In this document: piece after piece, positions 37,343-46,208 of the stretch
Layout of the letters: each line of letters opens with the position of its first letter
Position numbering within the stretch: the stretch's first letter is position 1
Virus record (IMG/VR): IMGVR_UViG_3300032246_001167
Location: 1 to 57,742 of that record
DNA length: 57,742 nucleotides
From: a virus
Lineage: Duplodnaviria > Caudoviricetes
Reading direction: 5' to 3' (one strand)
Made by a program: the position numbers and the translations under genes
The notes under the pieces: model-generated
Told to the model about the DNA's origin: nothing
The model's database searches: none
What the model saw: the letters and a program-made list of their open reading frames with translations, nothing else

Positions 37343-37522
37343 TTAGTCAGAAAAAAGCTCGTAATCCTCAAGGGCGCTCACGAGACCGTCGAAGTCCTCG
37401 GACGGCCCCAGCAAGTCAGCCAGGGTATGGACTACGTGCAGCGGTACGCCGGTCTCGTCGGCAAGGTCGGCAAGGTAGGCGCGGCGGTTCGGAAAGCCGT
37501 GGACGACATATGGATTAGACAT
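37343..37522 (-). CDS. conserved small phage early protein
   Basis: GFPNRRAYLADLADETG...LGPSEDFDGLVSALED; AGGA RBS. Confidence 0.75.
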   Translation of the reverse strand: MSNPYVVHGFPNRRAYLADLADETGVPLHVVHTLADLLGPSEDFDGLVSALEDYELFSD

Positions 37523-37564
37523 AGTTAGAGTTCCTAGTGGCACGCGGACGGCCCGCGCACAATC

Positions 37565-37593
37565 ATTGTCGGGCGCATGGCATTGACTGTCAA
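37565..37593 (-). promoter_or_regulatory. first early sigma70 promoter
   Basis: Minus strand TTGACA, 17-nt spacer, GACAAT; -35 is half of the palindrome TTGAC-W-GTCAA. Confidence 0.7.
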
Positions 37594-37671
37594 GCGTTAC
37601 AGGTGCGGCCTGGTTGGGCGGTTTAGTGCGAAGCACGCTAGACTAGTGCACCGATTCCCGAGGCGTACCCG

Positions 37672-38295
37672 ATGACAAGGCTAACCCGAAAGCTAGTAGC
37701 AGAAACACTAGAGGCTGTCCCGATAGAGCAAATCCTGGTTGGCGCATCTCGCGGATCGCCAAAGGCACTCACGGCGAAACAAAAGCGGTTTGCGGAGGCC
37801 GTGGCGATGGGTGCGACTAAGGCGGGAGCGTACCGGGAGGCGTACGATACACACACAACACCCGGCGCACAGAGTGTAGAAGGGCGGAGGATTGCAGCTA
37901 ACCCTCGCGTGGCACTGCAGATTGAGGCGTTCAAGGTAGCTGCGGAGGCGAAGAGATACGCAACCCCAGCCGCGCTGCGGTCTTTAGTCATCGAACAGCT
38001 GACGGCGATGGCAGTGAACCCGGACGTGAAAGACGCCCAGCGGCTGCGCGCGCTCGAGCTACTCGGCAAAGTGACAGAAGTCGCGGCTTTCACTGAGCGC
38101 CGGGAGCTGGTCAAGGTAACGGATGCTGGCGATGCGCGAACCAGGCTGGTCGACTCCCTGCGCCAGGCTCTGGCCGTGGTCGACGTCCAGGCTATCGAGC
38201 CGGACTTGCTGGCGGAGCTCAAGCCAGCCGGTGATGCGGAGGGGCCGGGCCTTGTCGATTCGGCCGGCGACGCGCCAGCACCCCCCACCCCCTGA
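37672..38295 (+). CDS. terS: terminase small subunit
   Basis: LTAKQKRFAEAVA.G.T...AYREAY HTH and AQRLRALELLGK motifs; upstream of terL. Confidence 0.7.
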   Translation: MTRLTRKLVAETLEAVPIEQILVGASRGSPKALTAKQKRFAEAVAMGATKAGAYREAYDTHTTPGAQSVEGRRIAANPRVALQIEAFKVAAEAKRYATPAALRSLVIEQLTAMAVNPDVKDAQRLRALELLGKVTEVAAFTERRELVKVTDAGDARTRLVDSLRQALAVVDVQAIEPDLLAELKPAGDAEGPGLVDSAGDAPAPPTP

Positions 38296-38391
38296 ATCGG
38301 CCGGCGGCCGCGCAGCGGCATAGCTTAGTATTCCGCACATCCGATCATTTAACTTTAAGATGTCGGCTACTACCCCGCTCCTACTGCCCCG

Positions 38392-38496
38392 CACTTTAAC
38401 ATTTGTTAAAGACTGACTTGCTTGTCAAACCCTACTTTAACAATTGTTAAAGAGCACCTTGACTGTCAAGCCCTACTTTAACATTTGTTAAAGTAG
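38392..38496. repeat. three palindromes CTTTAACA-NN-TGTTAAAG at 41-bp period
   Basis: Copies start at 38394, 38435, 38476; spacers share TGTCAAnCCCTA; one spacer holds CTTGACTGTCAAG. Confidence 0.85.
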
Positions 38497-38608
38497 GAAT
38501 TATCGATAATTGTTTTAGGTAACACCCCCCCCTTATGTGCAAAGTGCTTGACCCCCGGGGGGTATATTTTGTAAATTTCGAGATGGGTATATTTGTACTG
38601 AGGACCGT

Positions 38609-38812
38609 ATGGACATTGCGTCGAATAGAAGGGCTGAGGGTGACCAGGCTGTTATGTACTTTGTTAAGTCACAACCTTGGCTGCCGCACTACACAAGAAA
38701 AGGTATCTACGTGGCACCAGGTGGGATAGAGAGGACAGAAGAGGAGCTGATCTCTATGGGTGCTTATAGGAAAGTAACAGTGTTATGGAGCCGGCTATGG
38801 CAGAAACGCTGA
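38609..38812 (+). CDS. hypothetical protein
   Basis: GAGGA RBS; WLPHY...YVAPGG. Confidence 0.55.
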   Translation: MDIASNRRAEGDQAVMYFVKSQPWLPHYTRKGIYVAPGGIERTEEELISMGAYRKVTVLWSRLWQKR

Positions 38813-39078
38813 GGGAGATGATTGGGGAGCTTAATGAAGAAGCTCTTTTGTTGAATCCTGACTTCTTTGACCAAGCCCTTATTGGCTACGCTGAGCGATG
38901 TGGGATGTTGGTTGCGGCGTACTCCAGGGAAAAGTGTGTGGAGCTGCTTGTTACCCATGAAGAGATGACGTGGGAAGAGGCGATTGAGCACTTTGAGTAC
39001 AACATCTTGGGGTCTTGGGTTGGGGAGCACACCCCTGTGTTTATAACGGAGTTGACTTATGACCCCGGCACAACATGA
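38797..39078 (+). CDS. conserved phage protein
   Basis: FDQALIG...AYS...MTWEEAIEHFEYNILGSWVGEHTPVF. Confidence 0.8.
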   Translation: MAETLREMIGELNEEALLLNPDFFDQALIGYAERCGMLVAAYSREKCVELLVTHEEMTWEEAIEHFEYNILGSWVGEHTPVFITELTYDPGTT

Positions 39079-39283
39079 TCTTTACTTAGTGATAGATGAG
39101 TGGTGGAAGAAGTTCGGCTACGGGCCGAGCGTGGATGACCTCATGACGGTCTTGAATGTTAAAGGTCGGGGGAATGTCCACAGGAAGATGAAGCGACTTG
39201 TTGAATTAGGTTACTGCAAGTACATCAAAGGCGCTGCTAGGACTATCCGACCTTCTTACTTAAGGATTAGAAACATTGAGTGA
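39059..39283 (+). CDS. LexA-like winged-helix DNA-binding protein (no peptidase domain)
   Basis: MTPAQ..LY..I......GYGPSVDDL...GNVHR..KRLVELGY....ARTIR. Confidence 0.75.
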   Translation: MTPAQHDLYLVIDEWWKKFGYGPSVDDLMTVLNVKGRGNVHRKMKRLVELGYCKYIKGAARTIRPSYLRIRNIE

Positions 39284-40820
39284 TCTGTTTGAGCTCTTGC
39301 AGAGTCTCCCTGAGGACAAACTTCTCAAGGTGATCGATGCCATGCCGGAAGGGCAGAGGGAGCATTTATTAGAGATTGCTGATGAGTACGCTAACTCTGT
39401 TAAGCGGGAGAAGGGTCAGCAAGACTTTATGGTCTTTGTTAAGACCATGTGGCCCAACTTCATCTCCGGTCGACATCATGGTGTGATGGCCAAGGCTTTT
39501 GAGCGTGTAGCTAAGGGTGAGCTTAAGAGGCTAATCATCAACATGCCTCCTAGACATACCAAGTCGGAGTTTGCTTCTTATCTTTTACCGGCTTGGTTTT
39601 TGGGTAAGTACCCGGATAAAAAGATCATTCAGTGTTCTAACACGGCAGAACTAGCCGTGGGTTTTGGTCGCAAGGTTAGAAACCTTGTGGATGGGGAGAC
39701 CTATGCAAAGATCTTTCCTAACGTAGCGCTTAGAACAGACTCCAAAGCGGCAGGACGATGGTCGACCAATAGAAATGGCGAGTATTTCGCTATTGGGACG
39801 GGTGGTGCGGTGACAGGTAAAGGCGCCGACCTATTGATTATTGACGATCCACATAGTGAACAAGAAGCAACCCTGGCTGAAACAAGCCCGGAAATCTACG
39901 ACAAGGTGTATGAATGGTTCACTTCTGGTCCACGGCAGCGTTTACAGCCTGGTGGCTCTATCATTATTGTGCAAACGCGCTGGTCAAAAAGGGATTTGAC
40001 CGGCCAAGTCTTAAAAGCCTCTGCCCAAAGAGGTGGAGACGAGTGGGAAGTCATTGAATTTCCTGCAATTTTGCCCTCAGATAACCCATTGTGGCCGGAG
40101 TTTTGGAGCAAAAAAGAATTACAGGCTCTTAAGGATGAACTGCCCAACTCCAAATGGATGGCGCAGTACCAGCAAAACCCAACTTCTGACTCATCGGCTA
40201 TTGTTAAAAGAGAATGGTGGCAGGAATGGGATCATCCCCATCCTCCGCCGTGTGAGTTTGTCTTGATGGCAGCCGATACGGCTTATGAAGCACACAATAA
40301 GGCTGACTATTCGGCCTTTACGGTGTGGGGTGTGTTCTATCAAGCTGATGATAATGGGATAGAACAAGCAAATATCATCCTTTTGAACGCTGAAAGAGAC
40401 CGTATTGAGTTCCCTGAGCTTAAAAGAAAGACCTTGGAGCTATATAAAGAGTGGGATCCTGACGCGGTGATGATTGAAAAGAAAGCCTCGGGTGGTCCTT
40501 TGATCTATGAACTAAGGGCTATGGGCATACCAGTCCAAGAATTCACCCCAGTGAGAGGTAAAGCAGGTCAGAGTAACGACAAGATCGCCCGATTGAACGC
40601 TGTTTCAGACATCTTTGCCTCGGGGAGGGTGTGGGCGCCTAACACCCAGTGGGCAGAAGAGGTCATTGATGAAGTTGCCAGCTTTCCAGCTGGAGAACAT
40701 GATGACTACGTAGATACTGTATCTTTGGCGCTCATGCGATTTAGACGGGGCGGGTTCATTCGTACGACCCTGGACGAGGAAGACGAGCCGGTGTATCAGA
40801 GAAAACGCGAGTATTACTAA
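39276..40820 (+). CDS. terL: terminase large subunit
   Basis: INMPPRHTKS, LLIIDDPH, QTRW, AQYQQNP, IEKKASG, FPAGEHDDYVD. Confidence 0.95.
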   Translation: MSDLFELLQSLPEDKLLKVIDAMPEGQREHLLEIADEYANSVKREKGQQDFMVFVKTMWPNFISGRHHGVMAKAFERVAKGELKRLIINMPPRHTKSEFASYLLPAWFLGKYPDKKIIQCSNTAELAVGFGRKVRNLVDGETYAKIFPNVALRTDSKAAGRWSTNRNGEYFAIGTGGAVTGKGADLLIIDDPHSEQEATLAETSPEIYDKVYEWFTSGPRQRLQPGGSIIIVQTRWSKRDLTGQVLKASAQRGGDEWEVIEFPAILPSDNPLWPEFWSKKELQALKDELPNSKWMAQYQQNPTSDSSAIVKREWWQEWDHPHPPPCEFVLMAADTAYEAHNKADYSAFTVWGVFYQADDNGIEQANIILLNAERDRIEFPELKRKTLELYKEWDPDAVMIEKKASGGPLIYELRAMGIPVQEFTPVRGKAGQSNDKIARLNAVSDIFASGRVWAPNTQWAEEVIDEVASFPAGEHDDYVDTVSLALMRFRRGGFIRTTLDEEDEPVYQRKREYY

Positions 40821-40829
40821 GGACAAGCC

Positions 40830-43316
40830 ATGGCAATCGAAAAAAGCCTTTATGCGGCACCGCAGGGTATTGAAGAGCTAGCCGTTCCCGATATTCAGAT
40901 TGAGATCGAAGATCCTGAAGCGGTCAGGATTGGCATTGATGGGATGGAGATGGAGATCCGACCTCAAGAGCCTGAGTTCAGCGCTAACCTGGCTGAAGAC
41001 ATGGGCGAGCAAGAGCTCCATATGATCGCGGGAGACCTTCTTGGCGAGTTTGAAGAAGACGTCTCCTCCCGTAGAGATTGGATGCAGACCTATGTAGATG
41101 GCCTTGAGCTGCTAGGTCTTAAGATCGAAGAGCGCGCAGAACCATGGGAAGGGGCGTGTGGTGTTTACCACCCCATGTTGTCTGAAGCCCTGGTTAAGTT
41201 CCAATCTGAAACCATGATGGCTACCTTTCCGGCCGCTGGTCCGGTTAGAACCAAAATCATTGGTAAAGAGACCCCAGATAAGAAGCAGTCAGCCATTCGT
41301 GTTCAAGACGACATGAACTACCAGCTGACAGAAGTGATGAGGGAGTACCGCCCCGAGCATGAAAGAATGCTGTGGGGCCTGGGCCTTTCCGGCAACGCGT
41401 TTAAGAAAGTCTATTACGACCCGTCGTTTGAACGTCAGGTCTCAGTCTTTGTGCCGGCTGAAGATATGGTTGTGCCCTATGGCGCGGCCAATCTTGAGAC
41501 CTCGCCACGTGTGACGCACGTCATGCGCAAAACGGAGAACGAGCTCAAAAAGCTACAAGTAGCAGGTTTTTATCGTGATATCGACCTCGGCGCGCCAGAC
41601 AACATGCTGGACGAGGTTGAGAAGAAGATTGCTGAGAAGCTGGGTTTTAGAGCAACTTCTGACGATCGCTACAAGATCCTTGAAATGCACGTGGATCTGG
41701 ACCTTCCGGGTTTTGAACATACTGATAAAGATGGTGAGCCCACAGGGATTGCTCTTCCTTATGTAGTAACGATTGAAAAGGGCACCCAGCGTATTCTGGC
41801 TATTCGTCGGAACTGGGAAGAGGGAGACCCCACTCACTGTAAGCGCCAGCACTTTGTGCACTACGGTTATGTGCCTGGTTTTGGCTTCTACTACTTTGGC
41901 CTGATTCATCTTCTTGGCGCGTTTGCCAAGAGTGGAACATCGTTAATCCGTCAGCTTGTAGATGCGGGGACGCTATCTAACCTACCTGGTGGTTTTAAAA
42001 CCCGTGGTATGCGGGTTAAAGGGGACGACACCCCGATCTCTCCGGGCGAATGGCGAGATGTAGACGTTCCCTCGGGGACTTTGCGGGACAACCTACTGCC
42101 GCTTCCTTATAAGGAGCCAAGCCAAGTCCTGGCTGCTTTGATGGACAAGATTGTTGAAGAAGGTCGACGGGCTGCTAACTCGACCGATCTTCAGATCAGT
42201 GACATGTCCTCTCAAGCTCCTGTAGGAACAACCCTAGCAATTCTTGAGCGCACGCTGAAGAACATGTCGGCTATCCAAGCGCGTGTTCATTACTCAATGA
42301 AGCAAGAATTGGGCCTCCTCAAGGAGATCATTGCTTCATACACCCCGCCGGATTATTCGTATGAGCCGGATGTTGGGACGCGCTTTGCCAAGCGATCGGA
42401 CTATGACGATGTAGATGTCATCCCTGTATCTGACCCCAACGCTGCGACTATGGCGCAGAAGATTGTTCAGATGCAGGCTGTTTTTCAAATGGCTCAGTCC
42501 AATCCTCAGATCTTCAACATGCCGCTACTCAATCGGCAGATGTTGGATGTGATGGGGATTAAGGATGCAGAGAAGCTTGTCCCCATGGAAGAGGACATGC
42601 GGCCGGTTGATCCTGTGACTGAAAACCAAAACATCATCATGATGAAGCCGGTTAAAGCGTTTATTAACCAAGACCACCAGGCTCATATCATTGTTCACAT
42701 GTCAGCTATGCAGGACCCCAAGCTTCAGCAGCTGATGCAGAACAACCCGCAAGCCCAACAACTTCAGTCATCCATGATGGCGCATATCGCAGAGCACGTA
42801 GCTTTTGCTTACCGCCGGCAGATTGAAGAACAGCTTGGCATGCCCCTTCCACCTGAAAAGGATGAAAGCGGCGACACCAATTATATGGACCCGCAGATCG
42901 AGGCTCGATTGTCACCCTTGTTGGCCCAAGCCGCGCAAAGGCTCTTGGCCAAGAACTCACAAGAGGTTTCCCAACAGGCTGCCCAACAGCAAGCCCAGGA
43001 TCCTCTGGTTCAGATGCAGCAACAAGAGCTGCAGATCAAGATGCAAGAAGCCCAGCGCAAAGCCCAGAAAGATCAGATGGATGCGCAACTTAAGTCGGAG
43101 CAGCTTCAGATTGAGCGCGAGCGCATCCAATCCCAAGCTGAAACTGAAGACAAGCGGACTCGTGTTGATGCAATGAAGTCAGTTGCCAAGATGCGCAACG
43201 ACCGGGCTAGCGAAATGGAGCAGTTGAGCATTGATGTCTTGAAGCACCTATCAGACAAGCACCATGCCGACCAAGATCGATTACAACGTGAGCGCTTTCA
43301 AAACAGGGGTGAGTGA
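40830..43316 (+). CDS. portal protein
   Basis: 828 aa directly after terL; GNAFKKVYYD, Gln-rich C-terminal barrel as in P22-like portals. Confidence 0.88.
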   Translation: MAIEKSLYAAPQGIEELAVPDIQIEIEDPEAVRIGIDGMEMEIRPQEPEFSANLAEDMGEQELHMIAGDLLGEFEEDVSSRRDWMQTYVDGLELLGLKIEERAEPWEGACGVYHPMLSEALVKFQSETMMATFPAAGPVRTKIIGKETPDKKQSAIRVQDDMNYQLTEVMREYRPEHERMLWGLGLSGNAFKKVYYDPSFERQVSVFVPAEDMVVPYGAANLETSPRVTHVMRKTENELKKLQVAGFYRDIDLGAPDNMLDEVEKKIAEKLGFRATSDDRYKILEMHVDLDLPGFEHTDKDGEPTGIALPYVVTIEKGTQRILAIRRNWEEGDPTHCKRQHFVHYGYVPGFGFYYFGLIHLLGAFAKSGTSLIRQLVDAGTLSNLPGGFKTRGMRVKGDDTPISPGEWRDVDVPSGTLRDNLLPLPYKEPSQVLAALMDKIVEEGRRAANSTDLQISDMSSQAPVGTTLAILERTLKNMSAIQARVHYSMKQELGLLKEIIASYTPPDYSYEPDVGTRFAKRSDYDDVDVIPVSDPNAATMAQKIVQMQAVFQMAQSNPQIFNMPLLNRQMLDVMGIKDAEKLVPMEEDMRPVDPVTENQNIIMMKPVKAFINQDHQAHIIVHMSAMQDPKLQQLMQNNPQAQQLQSSMMAHIAEHVAFAYRRQIEEQLGMPLPPEKDESGDTNYMDPQIEARLSPLLAQAAQRLLAKNSQEVSQQAAQQQAQDPLVQMQQQELQIKMQEAQRKAQKDQMDAQLKSEQLQIERERIQSQAETEDKRTRVDAMKSVAKMRNDRASEMEQLSIDVLKHLSDKHHADQDRLQRERFQNRGE

Positions 43317-43507
43317 TGGACCGTAACTTTGAATACCTAATTAGCGCTTACCAAGACCGCATCAAAATGCTGTCAGAGGCTATTTCGTTAGGTAATTGCA
43401 CGTCTTACGAAGAGTACAAGTTTGCATGTGGCCAAATTCGGGGTCTTGAGGCTGCGTGTGGAATTATCCAAGACCTCGCATCTAATCTGGAGAATGCGGA
43501 TGACTGA
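43313..43507 (+). CDS. conserved small phage protein
   Basis: SYEEYKFACGQIRGL motif between portal and GroES-like gene. Confidence 0.75.
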   Translation: MMDRNFEYLISAYQDRIKMLSEAISLGNCTSYEEYKFACGQIRGLEAACGIIQDLASNLENADD

Positions 43508-43922
43508 TAGCATCCTGCTGGCTACAAACGCCAGCAACCCCGAAGTTGTGGGGGCCTATAGCTTTACAGCTACAAGTGAAGACAAGGCAAAACAACTCCC
43601 CCGGCCTAGTGGTTACCGGATCCTTTGCGCTATTCCTGAGATTGACAAAGAGTTTGAGGAAAGTGGTTTGGTCAAAGCAGACCTGACCATTCGCAATGAG
43701 GAGCTGATGACCACGGTGTTGTTTGTCGTCGACCTAGGTCCTGATTGCTATAAGGACGAGAAAAGGTTTCCGACGGGTCCGTGGTGCAAACAGGGCGATT
43801 TTGTATTAGTCCGTCCGCACGCCGGCTCAAGGCTGGTGATCCATGGCCGCGAATTCAGGATCATTAACGATGACTCCGTAGAAGGAGTTGTTGATGACCC
43901 GCGCGGTATCAAACGCAAATAA
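43500..43922 (+). CDS. GroES-like co-chaperonin
   Basis: PSGYRIL, ESGLV, VVDLGPDCY, WCKQGDFV, FRIINDDSVEGVV. Confidence 0.8.
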   Translation: MTDSILLATNASNPEVVGAYSFTATSEDKAKQLPRPSGYRILCAIPEIDKEFEESGLVKADLTIRNEELMTTVLFVVDLGPDCYKDEKRFPTGPWCKQGDFVLVRPHAGSRLVIHGREFRIINDDSVEGVVDDPRGIKRK

Positions 43923-43934
43923 GGAGCAGACAAG

Positions 43935-44855
43935 ATGCCTCAAATGGACGTTGAAGAATTTAAGTTCCCCGATGAACAAGAGCGATCTTCTATTGAGATC
44001 GAGATCGAGGACGACACCCCCAATGATGACCGGGGCCGTGAGCCTATGCCGCGCTCGCTTGTGGAAGAGCTGGAGCGCGACGAGCTAGACCAGTACGACG
44101 ATGTCGTAAAGGAGAAGCTCAAGCAGATGCGCAAGGTGTGGCACGACGAGCGTCGCGAGAAAGAGGCTGCGCTCCGTGAGCACAATGAGGCTCTATCTTT
44201 GGCCCAGCAGCTTGTTGAAGAAAACAAGCGGATGAAAAACATCCTGTCTGTTGGTGAAAAGGAATATGTCAGCACGATTCAAAGCAACGCCAATATGGAA
44301 CTGGATATGGCGAAGCGTGCTTATAAAGAGGCATACGATTCGGGCGACAGCGACAAACTTGTAGAAGCCCAGCAGGCCATGCAGGCTGCTAATTTGAAAC
44401 TGATGCAGGCAAACAGTTTCAGGATCCCCTCTTTACAAGAGCAAGAATTCGCAGTACAACAACAGCCACAGTATCAACCGCCCCCGCGCGTTGACCGTAA
44501 AGCTGAAGCGTGGCAAGAGCGCAATCAGTGGTTTGGACGCAATAAGGGAATGACGGCATATGCCCTTGGCTTGCACGAAGAGCTTAGGGATAGTGGCGTA
44601 CCGGTTGGTTCTGATGAGTATTACAACGCACTGGACAGAACAATGCGTTCACGTTTCTCCGAGGAATTTGGAGAAGACGAGCAAGGCCAGCAGTCCCGTT
44701 CAAAACCGGCAACTGTGGTAGCTCCCGCAACTCGCAGCACGGCCCCCAAGAAGGTCAGGCTGAAGCAGAGCCAGCTTACTTTGATTAAGAAGCTGAACAT
44801 CACACCTGAACAATATGTCAGGGAGTTTTTGAAGACGGAGACACAAAATGGCTGA
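43935..44855 (+). CDS. capsid scaffolding protein
   Basis: Acidic coiled coil, AWQERNQWFG, C-terminal KKLNITPEQY; upstream of capsid genes. Confidence 0.7.
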   Translation: MPQMDVEEFKFPDEQERSSIEIEIEDDTPNDDRGREPMPRSLVEELERDELDQYDDVVKEKLKQMRKVWHDERREKEAALREHNEALSLAQQLVEENKRMKNILSVGEKEYVSTIQSNANMELDMAKRAYKEAYDSGDSDKLVEAQQAMQAANLKLMQANSFRIPSLQEQEFAVQQQPQYQPPPRVDRKAEAWQERNQWFGRNKGMTAYALGLHEELRDSGVPVGSDEYYNALDRTMRSRFSEEFGEDEQGQQSRSKPATVVAPATRSTAPKKVRLKQSQLTLIKKLNITPEQYVREFLKTETQNG

Positions 44856-45294
44856 AACTAGAATTGCTCGTGAAATTGAAACCCGCGCAGCTCAAGAGCG
44901 CCCCAAGCAGTGGATGCCCCCTGAATTGCTGCCGGAACCGGATCGTCAGCCTGGTTATGCCTATCGCTGGATCCGTGTTGCCACTCTCAATACCGCTGAC
45001 CCGCGCAACCTATCGGCCAAGCTCCGTGAAGGTTGGGAGCCGGTCACTATTGAGGAACAACCGAAATTTCAACTGCTAGTCGATCCGTCGTCCCGTTATA
45101 AGGACAACATTGAGATCGGCGGGTTGTTGCTCTGCAAGACGCCTGTGGAGTTTGTTGAACAACGTAATGATTACGTGAATAAGCAGACTCAAGCGCAGAC
45201 GGAAGCTGTGGACAACAACTTGATGCGTCAAAGTGACCCGCGCATGCCGCTCTTCAAAGAGCGCAAGTCGTCGACGTCCTTTGGCAAAGGTTAA
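44848..45294 (+). CDS. conserved head-module protein
   Basis: GYAYRWIR, LREGWEPV, IGGLLLCK. Confidence 0.75.
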   Translation: MAETRIAREIETRAAQERPKQWMPPELLPEPDRQPGYAYRWIRVATLNTADPRNLSAKLREGWEPVTIEEQPKFQLLVDPSSRYKDNIEIGGLLLCKTPVEFVEQRNDYVNKQTQAQTEAVDNNLMRQSDPRMPLFKERKSSTSFGKG

Positions 45295-45315
45295 ATATAA
45301 TTTAAGGAGCTATAA

Positions 45316-46197
45316 ATGGCTTATCCGACTGTTTCTGCCCCGTATGGGTTTAAGCCAGTCAACCGTCTTGACGGTTTGCCGTATGCTGGCGCTACCCGCA
45401 AGCTACCGATTGAGTACAACTACAGCCAAAACATTTTCTATGGTGACGTAGTTCAAATCTCTAGCGGTACTGTTGTTCGTTCGTCGATGTCCGCCGCTTC
45501 GTCGCCGGGCACCGCTGTTGCCGGTACCATCGGTGTTTTCTTGGGTTGCTCGTACACCAGCCCGACCACTGGTCAAAAGCTGTTTGCCCAGTACTATCCC
45601 GCCAGCACCGCCGCTAACGATATTGAAGCTATCGTTGTGGATGACCCCCGCGCTCTGATGAAGGTCGTGGTTACGACCCAAGGCACCTCGCTGGCTAACA
45701 CCAGCACCACCGTTGGTTATCTGAACCCGTACTACATCGGCTCTAACCTGTATATGGTTGGTGGCGCTGGCGGCGTTACTGGTAGCACGACCACCGGTAA
45801 CTCGGCCCAATCGGTTTCGGGCGCTGTGGTTACCTCGGGTACTTCGGGTGCTGGTGACCGCGTAACTTCGGCTCTGCCGTGGCGCATGGTTGGTGTTGTT
45901 ACTGACACCGCTTATACCCTGAGCGGTACCGGTAGCACTTCGGGTTCATCGACTACTGTGACCCTGACCGCCGCTGTTACTGGCCTGACTCCGGGTATGC
46001 AGTTGATTTGCCCGACCGGCACCGGCACTCTGGCTGGCCAATACGCAACCGTCATTAACGTGTCTACCACCACGCTGACTCTGGACGCCGCAGTTACTCT
46101 GGCAGCTAGTTCGGTTCTGTCGTTTGTTGGCTACCCCGAAGTTCTGGTTGCTTGGAACGGCAGCTTCCATAGCTATTTCAACACCACTGGCGTCTAA
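45316..46197 (+). CDS. capsid decoration/cement protein
   Basis: APYGFKPV, IFYGDVV, GVFLGCSY, VVDDP; strong codon bias; immediately before MCP. Confidence 0.65.
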   Translation: MAYPTVSAPYGFKPVNRLDGLPYAGATRKLPIEYNYSQNIFYGDVVQISSGTVVRSSMSAASSPGTAVAGTIGVFLGCSYTSPTTGQKLFAQYYPASTAANDIEAIVVDDPRALMKVVVTTQGTSLANTSTTVGYLNPYYIGSNLYMVGGAGGVTGSTTTGNSAQSVSGAVVTSGTSGAGDRVTSALPWRMVGVVTDTAYTLSGTGSTSGSSTTVTLTAAVTGLTPGMQLICPTGTGTLAGQYATVINVSTTTLTLDAAVTLAASSVLSFVGYPEVLVAWNGSFHSYFNTTGV

Positions 46198-46208
46198 GGA
46201 GATAAATC

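Noticed and set aside
38392-38496. Mini CRISPR array
   Set aside because: Only three 18-bp palindromes; the 23-bp spacers resemble each other, fitting tandem binding sites instead
39059-39283. Lysogeny repressor implying a temperate phage
   Set aside because: Only a DNA-binding domain in the packaging operon; no integrase, att site or CI/Cro switch seen, and no ParA to support a plasmid prophage
13570-44620. Other CTGATGA occurrences as hammerheads (e.g. ~13579, 16693, 19720, 25511, 31872, 39380, 44611)
   Set aside because: Inside or at the junction of coding genes, and I found no stem II-GAAA-stem III arrangement around them
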